From an uncultured candidate division Zixibacteria bacterium (GTDB taxonomy: Bacteria; Zixibacteria; MSB-5A5; UBA10806): DNA of 64,000 nucleotides. The stretch is taken from contig CAWFQL010000009.1 of the NCBI GenBank assembly GCA_963817915.1, forward strand, positions 32,001 through 96,000, read 5' to 3'. Positions within the stretch are counted from its first letter, which is position 1. Each line of letters opens with the position of its first letter. Positions 9,185-20,415 of this stretch are shown in pieces. A program made the position numbers and the translations under genes. The notes below the pieces were generated by a model, which was not told the DNA's origin, made no database searches, and saw only the letters and a list, made by a program, of their open reading frames with translations.

Positions 9185-12100
9185 ATGAGAAAAAATCTTA
9201 TGATTCTGCTGGTCCTGTGCGTGACGCTGGCGTTCTTTATACCGGTTATGGCACAAGCCCAGCAAAGACTTAATAATAACGGATTTGAGACCTGGACTGC
9301 CGGCCCAGGCGGCCCTCCAGATAATTGGAGAAATACCTCCGTAGGAACTACGCTTACAATGACTCAAGAATCCGCTACTGTTCACACCGGTACATACAGC
9401 AATAAGCTGAGTTGGACTGGACTCGCCGAAACCAATTATATATTTGCCGATACTGTTTTCGTCGCAGGAGGGCAGTCATACACTTTGAGTATTTGGGTGT
9501 TGGATAATGATGTTAATGCCAGAGCCAGAATGTGGTATAGTTTTAATAATGGCGGAGGCAGCGGCGGCCCGACTACTTATTCGGTTGATAATGCAGGCTG
9601 GGTGCAATATACATGGGGTCCTATTGTTGCCCCTGTCGCGTCCACGAAAATGGTTTTCCAGTACAGAACTTATAGCCAAAACAACTTTGCTGGAGCCAAG
9701 ACTATTTACATTGACGATGCCGAACTAATTGGTCCTGTTCCCGTCTTCCCACCGACAGTTGGAGCTCCAGTTAGAGTTCCATCCGGGGCTATTTATGGGG
9801 ATACCTATGTAAATATTCACTCAATCATCACTGATTTAGATGGGACAGTCGCCTCGGAAAGTCTCTATGTACAGCTTAATGCAGGCGGCTATAATCCTAT
9901 TGCAAGTGATAGCCTTGTAGGAAGTGACTATTGGTTCCATATCGGGACAAATACATTAGGTACGGTTGTAGATTACTATCCTGTAGCCACTGACAATGAA
10001 GGCAATCGTACAGTAGGCTCGACCGATACGTATACTGTAGTTAACAATCCACCTACAGTCGGCGCTCCTGTTAGAGTTCCTGCCGGCCCTATTTACTCCG
10101 CGTCAGATGTCAGCGTACACTCTCTCATAACAGATTCCGATGGTACTATAGCCAATGACAGCCTATACATCGATCTCAGCGGCGCTGGATATAATCCGAT
10201 CGCACATGACAGTATCGATGCTGGCGGAAACTATTGGTATCCACGTCGGTATGAATTCTATCGGAACCGTTGTAACTTATTATGCAATCGCCATCGATAA
10301 TAATGGCGCCCGCACGGAAGGTTCGTCTGATACTTATACCGTGTTGCCCAATGAGAACATACCTCCGTCAGTCGGCGCACCTGTCAGGGTTCCTTCCGGA
10401 CCTATTAATGCTATTACTTCCGTTGATGTTTATTCGCTTATTAATGATGTCGATGGCACCATATCTAGCGACAGCCTATACATCGATCTTAGCGGCGCTG
10501 GATATAATCCGGTCGCTCATGATAGCATCGATGCGGGTGGAAATTATTGGTTTCATATCGGCTTGCATTCCAACGGAACTGTGGTTACCTATTATGCGGT
10601 CGCTACCGATAATAATGGCGCTCGAGTAGTAGGTTCAAGCGACACATATACTGTGGCCAATAGCTTACCGGTGGTCGGCACCCCTGCGCGGCTCCCTGCC
10701 GGCAAGCTTTACTATGATGCCAATGTTATTGTCAACGCCACAATTACCGATCTCGATGGCACAATTGCCACCGAAATGCTGCAACTCCAGCTTAGCGGCG
10801 GCGGATATAATCCCGTAGCGCGAGATAGCCTTGTCGGAACAACCTACTGGTATACAATAGGCCCGAGAGCCGCCGGTACAGTAGTTGACTATTATATTAC
10901 CGCTACTGATAATGACGGTGGTACATCCAATTCCTCGACTTTTACTTATACTGTTCATGGCACTGTGCCGATATCCTTAATTCAATACTCCTCCGGTCCC
11001 GGTGCGAATAATAACTGCTATCCCAGCGATTCTATTCGTACAAACCAACAGGTTACTGGAGTAGTGTTAGCTACCTTTAACGGATCTTCCAGCGCTCGCA
11101 AACGGGCCTTTGTCCAGGATTCACAGAATCCTTTGTCGGGCATTTATATTTACGGTCTTCCCCAGGAAGTCAGACGAGGGGATAATATTACCGTGAGAGA
11201 CTCTGTTGCAGAGTATTTCTGGGAGACAGAAATGATGCCTCCTACCCGACTATTTACTCTTAATTCTTCCGGCAATCCCCTGCCAACTCCTACGGTTCTT
11301 ACTTGCGCTCAATTCCCGGCCGACAGCTGTAATGCTATTGCAGAACCATACGAGGATATGTTCATTCAAATTAATAATTTGACAATTGACAGCTTAAACA
11401 CTGGAAGAGCCGGTAATTTCTGGGCTCATGATGGATCCGGAAGCTCTAGTATAGTTTCTAATGATTTGGCTTATGGTCTTTCAAATCCGGATTCAGTTGT
11501 CGCTTTCTCTGTCGGGCAAGTTTATGACTGGGTTCGAGGCGTCGCCCGTTATGCATACGGCCGCTATCGTATTGCGCCGCAGTCTAAATTCGACATGCAG
11601 CTTGCTATTCCAAATGCGCCTCCAGCTATTACCAATGTCGCGCATGTACCCGGTCCCGGCGTATTGCCGACCGATGATGTTAATGTCAACGCGACAATCA
11701 CCGATTCCGACGGAACTATCGCAGCCGACAGTCTTTATTTGCAGATCAATGGCGGTGGATACGTCGCGATCGAAAAGTCAGGCGTTGTTGGTGATGTTTA
11801 CACATATCATATTGGTACCAACATCATTGGAACCATTGTTGATTATTATGTCATGGCCAAGGACAATGATGGCGCTCGTACAGAGAGCATCGTTTATAGT
11901 TATACAGTAGCCGCTCAGACAGAATGCACGGCTACATTGAGCATATTTGACGTTCAAAATTCTTTTGATCCCGGCGCAGATACTCTTCAGTGCTGGAATT
12001 CTCCATACGCGGGTCAATTTGTCACAGTGTGCGGTATTGTCTCGGCCGTTCAGCAGGGTGCTACGCCAAGATTTTACCTTCAGGATCCAGCCAATGGCAC

Positions 12101-14494
12101 AAGCTGGGGTAACATTTACTCCTATAAGTTCGCCATCGGTCCAAATTCCGTAAATCCGACGTTGCGCGACCATGTTCAGATAACAGCGCGACCAGTGGAG
12201 ATACAATGGATGGACCGAAATAGATTCTATTCAAAGTTACATAGTTCTTGGTGGAGGATCCCATTTAGATACTTCCGTAGTCACAGTAAGCGCATTTGCG
12301 GCTGGCTGCGATTATTCCACCGAACCGCTTGAAAGCGGCCTTATCAGAATTAATAATGTCACGGTACTTTCGGCCAATGGTTCCTATCAATACTGGATTA
12401 AGGACAGTCATTCAAGGTGACTCTATCCGCATTGACAGTGGACTATATTACTACGGCACAGATCAGCCCAGTCCTCTGCCAACCACTGGCGCAATGTATT
12501 CATGGATCGTGGGTGTTATGAAATGGGAAGGCAGAAACAGTTTGCCGCGGAGCTCGACCAAACGCGGTTGGATACTTCAGCCGAGATTTGCGTCTGATCT
12601 GGAAATATATATCCCGCCTGTACCAAATGTGGTAGATGTCTGGTCAGTAAATTCTACGACTGCCGCGGTTAAATTCGACCGCACTATGCAGTTACCCTCT
12701 GCCGGAAACTTCTCCACTTATAATGGCCTTTCGATACTCGGAGTATCATTGGATACTTCAGGCACAATAGCATTTCTAACTACTGCCGTGCAGCCCAATA
12801 ATACTGTGGACACAATGTTCATCAATGGTGTTTGTGGAACTGAAGGCGGCTGCATGACCACGCCAGCTCATAATAAGTTCCGTCCCGGGTTTACAGATAT
12901 CGCTATTGTAAACTTCCCTGAACCGGCCGGCGATAGCTCTGCCATAAGGGGCGATATCGTTACCGTAAAAGCTGTAGTGGTTGCAGACACTTCGGAATGC
13001 TATGCCAGCAATACAAGCTTTATCAACGATCAAAGCGGTCCGCCAAATAACGGCGTAGAATTGTTTAACCCAACACCTTTTAGAGTACCTCCAGTGACCG
13101 GCGATACAATTATCGTGACCGGCAAAGTACTCGAGTATTTCGGACAGACCGAAGTATCGGCTTCTGCTTACTTGAATCTCGTAACCCTCTCCGCTGGTCC
13201 AAGTCCGATACCGTCCACCGTTACAATCCCCGATTTGTTGGCCAATAGCGAAGGTTTTGAAAGTTCATTAATCACCCTTTGCGATTCATTCGTAGTTACC
13301 AATATTGCGTTTGACGCGTTTGGGTTCCAGATTCAAAGCCTGACCAACCCTACAGAGACTATCGTAATACATCGTCAGGCATCGCATACGCGATACACTT
13401 ACGTCCCAGTATTAGGAGACATTTTCCGAGGGATTACCGGCGTTTATCGTATGCAAAGAAGCCTTTACCGCTTGATGCCGCGTTCCAATGATGATTTCAA
13501 TACCTCTGCTACCTGGTGCGCTACCGGTGAGGCCGAAGTTGGAGTTACTCCCGCCTCATTACATCATTACCAGGAGACCAATATCAATAGAACGTTTGCT
13601 GGTGACTTTACAATCTCCAATACAGGCACAATTCCATTAACCTTTACTGCCAGTAACACGCTTTCCTGGATAACCATCGGAACGCTAAGCGGAAATGTGC
13701 CGGCAGGCGGCAGCCAGCCGATTGATCTTACAGTCAATACAATTGGTATTGCGGTTGGTGTTTACAATGACTTCATCACGATAAGTTCCAATGATCCGAT
13801 AACTCCAGCGGTTGATCTGCCCGTGACAATTTCCGTGTCGCAGGTTGTTCCTGGAGTGGATCATTTCGATATCAACGTGGCTGAAGGTCAAATATCTACA
13901 ACTGATCTCACTATTAGTAATGGGGCCGCTGTTGATGTTAGAATCGATCTGACCGCTATACCTACCGAATGGTTGTCCGTGGTTCCCGGTGTCGATACTA
14001 TCCCGGCTGGCGGAAATGTCACCGCCGTGGTTTCTGTCAATGCCGCCGGTCTGCCTGAAGGCGTCTACACCGGTACAATTACGATCAATTCCAGTAATTT
14101 AATGATAGCTACTATCATTGAGATTCCAGTTAACGTCACCGTCACGGGACCGGTCTGTTCGTATGTAGTTGGTGATGCCAACAACAGCAATACATTCAAC
14201 GGCCTCGACGTTACCTATAGCGTTAATTATTTCAGAGGTGGCGATCCGCCCGCGTACTCTTGCGAGTGCACACCCGGAAATATCTGGTTTGTCTCAGGCG
14301 ATGTTAATGGCAGCTGTTCATTTAATGGTCTGGACGTCACTTATATGGTCAATTACTTCAAAGGCGGAGCCGGCCCAATTCCATGCGCCGATTGCCCGCC
14401 CGGAGGCAGATTCGCTCCGAATTCCGGAAATGCACCGGCAGTGCAACCGATTATACATAATGTTCTTCCTAAGAAAGCCGGTTCAGCGGAATAG
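9185..14494 (+). CDS. Giant secreted surface protein (~1768 aa once three +1 frameshifts are corrected): CBM-like domain, 5 Ig-like repeats, 3 OB-fold modules, 2 BACON-like domains, dockerin
   Basis: Three track ORFs plus an untracked segment (12202-12414, YNGWTEIDSIQ...EPLESGLIRINNVTV...YWIKDSHS) join into one frame after removing single extra As at ~10239, ~12201 and ~12415. Signal peptide follows a GGGAGA RBS. C-terminal duplicated GDANNSNTFNGLDVTYSVNYF motif. Confidence 0.8.
9746..11910 (+). repeat. Five ~100-aa Ig-like intragenic repeats (four tandem, one separated)
   Basis: Recurring PPxVGAPVRVPxG...ITDxDGTIAxDSLY...GYNPxAxDS...YWFHIG...GTVVxYYxxATDNxGxR. DNA at ~10157-10237 and ~10470-10550 is nearly identical. 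Confidence 0.85.
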
Positions 14495-14511
14495 TAATTA
14501 GTAATCATAAT

Positions 14512-14546
14512 AATCGGGCCTCCTTTGGGGGCCCGATTTGTTTTCT
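14512..14546 (+). terminator. Intrinsic terminator
   Basis: AATCGGGCCTCC-TTT-GGGGGCCCGATT followed by TGTTTT. Confidence 0.85.
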
Positions 14547-14730
14547 CTAAAAATATCAGATTTTTGTAGCAGAAATGGATTGCCAGGACATCAATTTAAA
14601 TCGAAAATCAATAAAACTTGTATTGATTATTGATCTGAAATACTTTATATTTGATAAAAGTTGATGTAGATTACTGGGAATCGCGGCTCGTTGATCAAGC
14701 CCTGGTCCGAGAAAAGAGGGTAATCAAAAA

Positions 14731-16809
14731 ATGAAAAGAAACGGGTGGCAAGGAATAGTTTTGTCCAAAATTTTCATTTTTTGCTTTTTGGTTATTATTG
14801 AGTTAGTGATTTTATTCCCCATCAATGTTCTCGCTGACGATGACGATAGACATACTGCCAATATAGGAAATATAAGCCTGGTCTTTAGCAATTACGGCAC
14901 TATTGGATTAGCGTTTGCGGAAAGAGGCCGTTTATCGTGCGAATACCCGATTGGATCGCATATAGAGCATATATATAGAGGCGGTTTTTGGTTTGGTGGC
15001 AGACAAAATTACCAGACCAAGGTCTCAACGGGAGCGGTAGATGTATTAAACAGGATCGGGAGACCCGGTTTCGAATTTACGACAGGATACTGCATTCCCG
15101 GGACTCCGTTGAGCTTTCCGGCTGACTCAATGATAGAAAGATCAACACTCCCTGTTTCTCAGTATTATGATCCAAACGCAATAAGTCATCAGGATTTGAT
15201 TTGTGAGTATACCGATTCCAATACATGCGTTCCGCAAACTGGCGAGGCTATCACGGCACATGACCCTCTGGGGATTGTAGTCCGCCAGGAAGCGTTTGCC
15301 TGGAGCCAATCTTTTGCCAATGCCTACGTGATATTTCAATTCACAATAAAGAATACAAGCCAGGATAGTATCGAGGACGCCTATGCGGGGTATTGGATCG
15401 ACACCAATGTCGGCAATACCGATATTACGGTTCCGCCTCGATGGGGTCCTGTTTCTTCGTGGAATTATGACGATGATGGAAATAACTATATCGATTCCAT
15501 TCAAATGGCATACGAATACGATTACGATGGCGAATACGGATACGCTGAAAGCTATATTGGAATGCAGATATTGGGAACGACACCCAAATATGATCCTCAA
15601 TCGGATTCCTCATATTTGGAAAAAGCCAATTTTTACGAATGGATGTACAACGAATCGCAGGATCCTGTATTCTTTACACCCCAGAACGACAATGAACGCT
15701 ATAATAGAATGGCTACCGGATTAAACAAGTTGATGCCGGGTCCTCCTCCGAATCCTGATTGGCGTTCCCTGGGCGGGGCGACCGGATATGGCAACCGCAC
15801 TATGCTGGTAAGCACAGGGCCATTTCCTACGATGGCTCCGGGTGATTCGGTCGTATTTGTTTTTGCCATAATTTGCGCGAGCAAATATGGGCCTGATCCG
15901 ATGGAGAATGACACCGAACGATCAAGGACCAATTTATTTCTGAATTCCAGGTGGGCCAAAATTTCCTATGAAAATGATTATAAATTGCCTGAAGCACCTC
16001 CGCCTCCGAGCATGAAAGTTGTAGCGGGAGATACAAAAGCGGAAATTTATTGGGATAATTCACCTGAAAGTTTCGTAGATCCAATTATGGGTCACGCTGA
16101 TTTTGAAGGATATAAAATCTATAGAGCCAGGATCACACAGGAAAATCAAAGCCAGGGGCTAAGACAGCTTTTTGAAGTGATAGGCCAATTCGACCGGATC
16201 GACTCTATCGGCTATGATACTGGCCTGGATTTTATTGCTCTTGCCGAGCCGGAAACGTTGGACGGCCACGCATACTACTATAAATATACGAACGAAAATC
16301 TTCTTAATGGATGGCAGTATGCTTACGCAGTGACAGCATTTGATACGGGCGATCCAACAAATAATTTGGAAAGTCTCGAATCGAGCCCGCTTCTAAGCTA
16401 TAATAGAGTATTTCCGGGGCCGATGGCAGGCGAGACAAAAGAGATAGCCGTATTTCCAAACCCATATAAGGCTCGTTCGCTCTGGGATGGTCGCGGAGAT
16501 GATGGGATTCAGGAAAGAGATCGGCTGATTTATTTTGCGAATCTGCCTGACAGGTGCACTATCAGAATTTACACAATTTCAGGCGATTTGGTAGATACCA
16601 TTGAGCATGACGGCCAGAATAATACCGGCGCCGATTTGAATTGGTTTAAACAATACGCGTCGGGCGAAAAAGTAATTTCCGGCGGCATTCATGGCTGGGA
16701 TTTGGTGACTAAAGCAGATCAGGCATTGGCCACCGGAATGTATTTATTTGCAGTAGAAGATAAGACATCAGGGAATATTTCCCGGGGCAAATTTGTCATT
16801 ATTAAGTAG
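14731..16809 (+). CDS. Secreted protein with an FN3-like domain and a T9SS-like C-terminal domain (TBDR/PorV-associated)
   Basis: Signal peptide, DFEGYKIYR, YAYAVTAFDTGD, VFPNPY...IYFANLP...IRIYTISGDLV...WDL...ATGMYLF...GKFVIIK. Confidence 0.75.
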   Translation: MKRNGWQGIVLSKIFIFCFLVIIELVILFPINVLADDDDRHTANIGNISLVFSNYGTIGLAFAERGRLSCEYPIGSHIEHIYRGGFWFGGRQNYQTKVSTGAVDVLNRIGRPGFEFTTGYCIPGTPLSFPADSMIERSTLPVSQYYDPNAISHQDLICEYTDSNTCVPQTGEAITAHDPLGIVVRQEAFAWSQSFANAYVIFQFTIKNTSQDSIEDAYAGYWIDTNVGNTDITVPPRWGPVSSWNYDDDGNNYIDSIQMAYEYDYDGEYGYAESYIGMQILGTTPKYDPQSDSSYLEKANFYEWMYNESQDPVFFTPQNDNERYNRMATGLNKLMPGPPPNPDWRSLGGATGYGNRTMLVSTGPFPTMAPGDSVVFVFAIICASKYGPDPMENDTERSRTNLFLNSRWAKISYENDYKLPEAPPPPSMKVVAGDTKAEIYWDNSPESFVDPIMGHADFEGYKIYRARITQENQSQGLRQLFEVIGQFDRIDSIGYDTGLDFIALAEPETLDGHAYYYKYTNENLLNGWQYAYAVTAFDTGDPTNNLESLESSPLLSYNRVFPGPMAGETKEIAVFPNPYKARSLWDGRGDDGIQERDRLIYFANLPDRCTIRIYTISGDLVDTIEHDGQNNTGADLNWFKQYASGEKVISGGIHGWDLVTKADQALATGMYLFAVEDKTSGNISRGKFVIIK

Positions 16810-16821
16810 AAGGAGAAAAAG

Positions 16822-18927
16822 ATGAAGATTGTGACTATTTTATTATTGGCAGTCACACTGTCAATCTCAGTCGCGATGGCGCAATATCCAGTTGTGCCGA
16901 TTGATAGCCTTCAGTGGGCGCCCTGCTGGGGCGATAGCTCCCGCTATGCAGGCGATACTGTCACGACTGGCGGCATTATAACCGCTGGAACCGGGCTATT
17001 TTATGCCGGTACCGGAGTGACCTGCTATTTATCAAAACCAGATGGCGGTTTATTCTCAGGAGTAATGCTATATAATACCAATCCCCAGGGACTTGGAGAA
17101 TTATACCGTGGAGATTCGATTCTTTTTAACGCCATTGTCAGCGAATATGGCTGGGAACCGTCACCAGGCGCTCCATTCGTAACTCATACCGAGCTTTTGG
17201 TAATACCCGGATCATTCCAATATAGACTGTACGGTATGCCCGAACCTCCGCCTGTTATTATTAATGCTATTGAAATTGATTCTACCGGACGAGCGGATTC
17301 ATGCGGTGAAAAGTATGAAAGCGCATTTGTACAGATTAATGACTTATATGTTGATTCCGTAGTCAATTATACCTCTACATCGACCTGGATTTGCCATGAC
17401 GCAACCGGCAAATGTCTGATAAGAGAAGCTTCGGACTCCATTCCGAATTCATTCAGACCAACTCCAGGCACGCATTTCAATTACATAAAGGGGGTCATTT
17501 ACCATCGCTTTGGAGCTTTGTCATTGCAGCCTCGTTATTCAACCGATTGGAATCTCGCCGAAGGTCCGCCGATTGTCAATGGTAGGACCCATATTCCTGC
17601 ATATCCAATACTCGGCGATTCAGTCAGGATTATTGCCAATGCCTACGATAATTCTGCGATTGATACTGTCAGGCTTTATTATAGAATTAATCTCGGCACC
17701 TGGGTAAATGTCCCGATGGTATCGGTCGGCAGTAATAATTTCCAATATGTATTGCCATCGCCTGTAAATAATTGGGATGTCGATTATTATGTCAGGGCGG
17801 TCGATGATGAGAACAACTCAACATTTGATCCAAATGAGGCGCCTTCAAGTTTCTATAGCTATAGAGTCCAGCAGTATCACCCGTTGACAATTGCTCAAGC
17901 CAGAGTTGACGCTAACGGCGATTTTGTGCCCGACATGCTTGATTCTGCGGTAACCTTGACAGGTATCGCGGTATCCCCCAATTTTTCGCCCGACAAGACC
18001 GATTTCTTCATGCAGCAGGGTCTATCTGGAATCGATGTTTATTACGATTCAACTCAGATTACAATTAACCCTGGCGATTCCATAACGGTCAGCGGAATTA
18101 TTAGCCAGTACACTGGCAAGACTCAGGTAGTTGTCTATAAGAGAAGCTTGTTTGTTCATAATGGATTCGGCACGCTGCCTACTCCGATGGTTGTCAACTG
18201 CGCCGATCTTGGTGATATAAATGGAGAATCGTTAGAAGGTACATTGGTTAAAGTCGTCAATGCGAATATCTATGAAATCCCTGACCCGTGGCCGGGGTTG
18301 GGCTTTTCAGCGACAATGACTATCGCGAATGGTGCCGATTCGGCCGCGCTGAGGATTGATCGCAACACCGATATCGATGGTCAGCCACAATCCCAGCCAA
18401 AAGCAACTATAACAGGTGTTGTTGGGCAGTATGATAATTACGCTCCGTACTTGGGCTATTATCAGTTGATGCCTCGTTTCTATACAGACTTCGAATGGAT
18501 TACAGGTTCTGTCTGCAATTACACTGTTGGTGATGCTAATGGCAATGGTTCATTTAACGGCCTTGACGTCACATACAGCGTTAATTACTTCAAGGGTGGT
18601 GCTCCTCCGTCATATTCTTGCGAATGCCCTCCTGGCAATACCTGGTTTGTTAGTGGCGACGTCAATAATAGCTGCTCGTTCAATGGTCTTGATGTGACTT
18701 ATATGGTAAATTACTTCAAAGGCGGCGCGGCTCCCAATCCATGTGCCACGTGCTTGCCTGGTCTCTCGAACGCTCCAAATTCTGGTAATATACCGTCAGC
18801 CATATCAACTCCGAAAAACGATTATGTTCCGGCTACCATAACCGCCCCCAAAAATAGGTATGCCCCCGCGGTACGACCTGTTCAAAATACTAAGACACAA
18901 ACCAAGAATTCCGGATCTACAGAATAA
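16822..18927 (+). CDS. Secreted protein with 2 OB-fold modules, an Ig-like repeat and a C-terminal dockerin
   Basis: Signal peptide; GDTVTTGGIITA...RGDSILFNAIVSEY...EKYESAFVQI...KGVIYHRFGALSLQPR; a second module (GDSITVSGIISQYTGKTQV...ESLEGTLVKV...YQLMPRFYTD); dockerin GDANGNGSFNGLDVTYSVNYF. Confidence 0.8.
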   Translation: MKIVTILLLAVTLSISVAMAQYPVVPIDSLQWAPCWGDSSRYAGDTVTTGGIITAGTGLFYAGTGVTCYLSKPDGGLFSGVMLYNTNPQGLGELYRGDSILFNAIVSEYGWEPSPGAPFVTHTELLVIPGSFQYRLYGMPEPPPVIINAIEIDSTGRADSCGEKYESAFVQINDLYVDSVVNYTSTSTWICHDATGKCLIREASDSIPNSFRPTPGTHFNYIKGVIYHRFGALSLQPRYSTDWNLAEGPPIVNGRTHIPAYPILGDSVRIIANAYDNSAIDTVRLYYRINLGTWVNVPMVSVGSNNFQYVLPSPVNNWDVDYYVRAVDDENNSTFDPNEAPSSFYSYRVQQYHPLTIAQARVDANGDFVPDMLDSAVTLTGIAVSPNFSPDKTDFFMQQGLSGIDVYYDSTQITINPGDSITVSGIISQYTGKTQVVVYKRSLFVHNGFGTLPTPMVVNCADLGDINGESLEGTLVKVVNANIYEIPDPWPGLGFSATMTIANGADSAALRIDRNTDIDGQPQSQPKATITGVVGQYDNYAPYLGYYQLMPRFYTDFEWITGSVCNYTVGDANGNGSFNGLDVTYSVNYFKGGAPPSYSCECPPGNTWFVSGDVNNSCSFNGLDVTYMVNYFKGGAAPNPCATCLPGLSNAPNSGNIPSAISTPKNDYVPATITAPKNRYAPAVRPVQNTKTQTKNSGSTE

Positions 18928-18936
18928 AGCTGGATT

Positions 18937-20415
18937 GTGAATAATAAAATCTCGCGGGGCCGATGGATCGGCCCCGCAATAATATTGATCGGCCTGGTGC
19001 TTGCTTGCTCCACCAAACGTACAACTGCGCCAGGAAATAACCTGCCACCGGTAACCCATCTATTTCTACATCTTTCCGATACAACGCAGCATCTGGGAGA
19101 GACAACGAGCAGGCAGGTGCTCTATTGGTCGGGCGATGATCCCGATGGGGAAATTAAGGGATTCGAATACGCTTGGACCGACACCTCCGCATGGACATTT
19201 ACGACTCTGGTGATGGACACGTTCTATGTGCCGATCAGGGTTCAGCAGGATACATTTACATTTTACATAAGGGCTGTTGATAATTACGATTTGAAGGATC
19301 CAACTCCTGAGCATTTATCATTCCCCATTAGAAATTCACCTCCGACCATAACATTCCCAGTCGACTTCGTCGCCAAATATTCTCATACAATCTACAGAGC
19401 ATTTTCTCATTTTACGATTGGATGGCGAGGCGGCGATCCCGATGGAGATTCTACAATCACGAGGTATGAATGGTATCTCGCAGATTCATCTTTCCATCCC
19501 GGTGAACTCGATACGACTGTTTGGAACTCGCTGGCATGGAATTACGTGGATTCAATGACAACGATCAAGGTTTTCGATAATCTGGCTCCGGGCTGCTATC
19601 GATATTTCATGAGATCAAGAGATGTTGCCGGGTCTTACAGCAAAATAATTTCATATCCTGATACGGCTATTGGCTCCCGGCCTGCGGGAATTTGGGAAGT
19701 CATGCCAAGAGTAGGCACATATATCAACGGTGATTCCTTATACGTACTTTACGTTAGGGACAACTACCCGTTTTTTATTCAGATCGATTCGGTTAGCGGC
19801 AAATATGCACTCGATTCGTTTTTGGGGATAAATGGCTACTCAACGTGGGATATGCTTGATACAATCAGCTATTATCCGCAAGATATTGAAGCTACACTGA
19901 AACTATTCGATATTGTGGTCTGGATAGGCGGTACAAATCCCCATTTTAGAGAATCAGCCGGGCCATTAGTATCATTTCTCCTTGCCCCTGGAAGGCATTT
20001 ATTCATTTGCTCCCAAAGAACGGTAGGGGATACTGCTATTTACCCTTTTCTGCCAATCGATTCAGTTACCAGCAGGACGGTGCCGAGAACACAGCGTATT
20101 TTCAAGGTTCCGACCGCACCGGCTGGATATCCGGATACAATATCTGCTCTGGATCCGGGATCGTGGCCGTTCCAATCTTGCTATAGTTTTGCACCGGGCG
20201 CGCCTTCAGGGCTTTTACCGGATCCTGCCCAGGCACTCTATGTGATTAATAGCGATACTGTGGCCGCGCGCTTTCCCGCATATAATCCCGGGCTATGGAC
20301 TCCGGCCAAAGTCGTATTTTTTTCTATGAATGTTTTTAACGGTAATGACAATAACAATTTTGCCAATCTTTTGAGACACGTCGTCCTGGAGGAGTTCAAT
20401 GATACGGGTCTGTAG
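18937..20415 (+). CDS. Lipoprotein with Ig/FN3-like domains
   Basis: Lipobox LVLAC; two WxGxDPDG...Y motifs; YTFYIRAVD-like strands. GTG start. Confidence 0.7.
   Translation: MNNKISRGRWIGPAIILIGLVLACSTKRTTAPGNNLPPVTHLFLHLSDTTQHLGETTSRQVLYWSGDDPDGEIKGFEYAWTDTSAWTFTTLVMDTFYVPIRVQQDTFTFYIRAVDNYDLKDPTPEHLSFPIRNSPPTITFPVDFVAKYSHTIYRAFSHFTIGWRGGDPDGDSTITRYEWYLADSSFHPGELDTTVWNSLAWNYVDSMTTIKVFDNLAPGCYRYFMRSRDVAGSYSKIISYPDTAIGSRPAGIWEVMPRVGTYINGDSLYVLYVRDNYPFFIQIDSVSGKYALDSFLGINGYSTWDMLDTISYYPQDIEATLKLFDIVVWIGGTNPHFRESAGPLVSFLLAPGRHLFICSQRTVGDTAIYPFLPIDSVTSRTVPRTQRIFKVPTAPAGYPDTISALDPGSWPFQSCYSFAPGAPSGLLPDPAQALYVINSDTVAARFPAYNPGLWTPAKVVFFSMNVFNGNDNNNFANLLRHVVLEEFNDTGL

Noticed and set aside
9746..11910. 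Near-identical intragenic repeats, and the paired dockerins, as DGR template/variable repeats
   Set aside because: Differences are mostly synonymous third-position changes rather than adenine-specific ones; all copies are coding and there is no reverse transcriptase in the window.
10239..12415. Programmed frameshifting or phase variation in the giant gene
   Set aside because: There are no slippery heptamers or long homopolymer/SSR tracts at the sites, and similar extra bases occur in unrelated genes such as ccmF.
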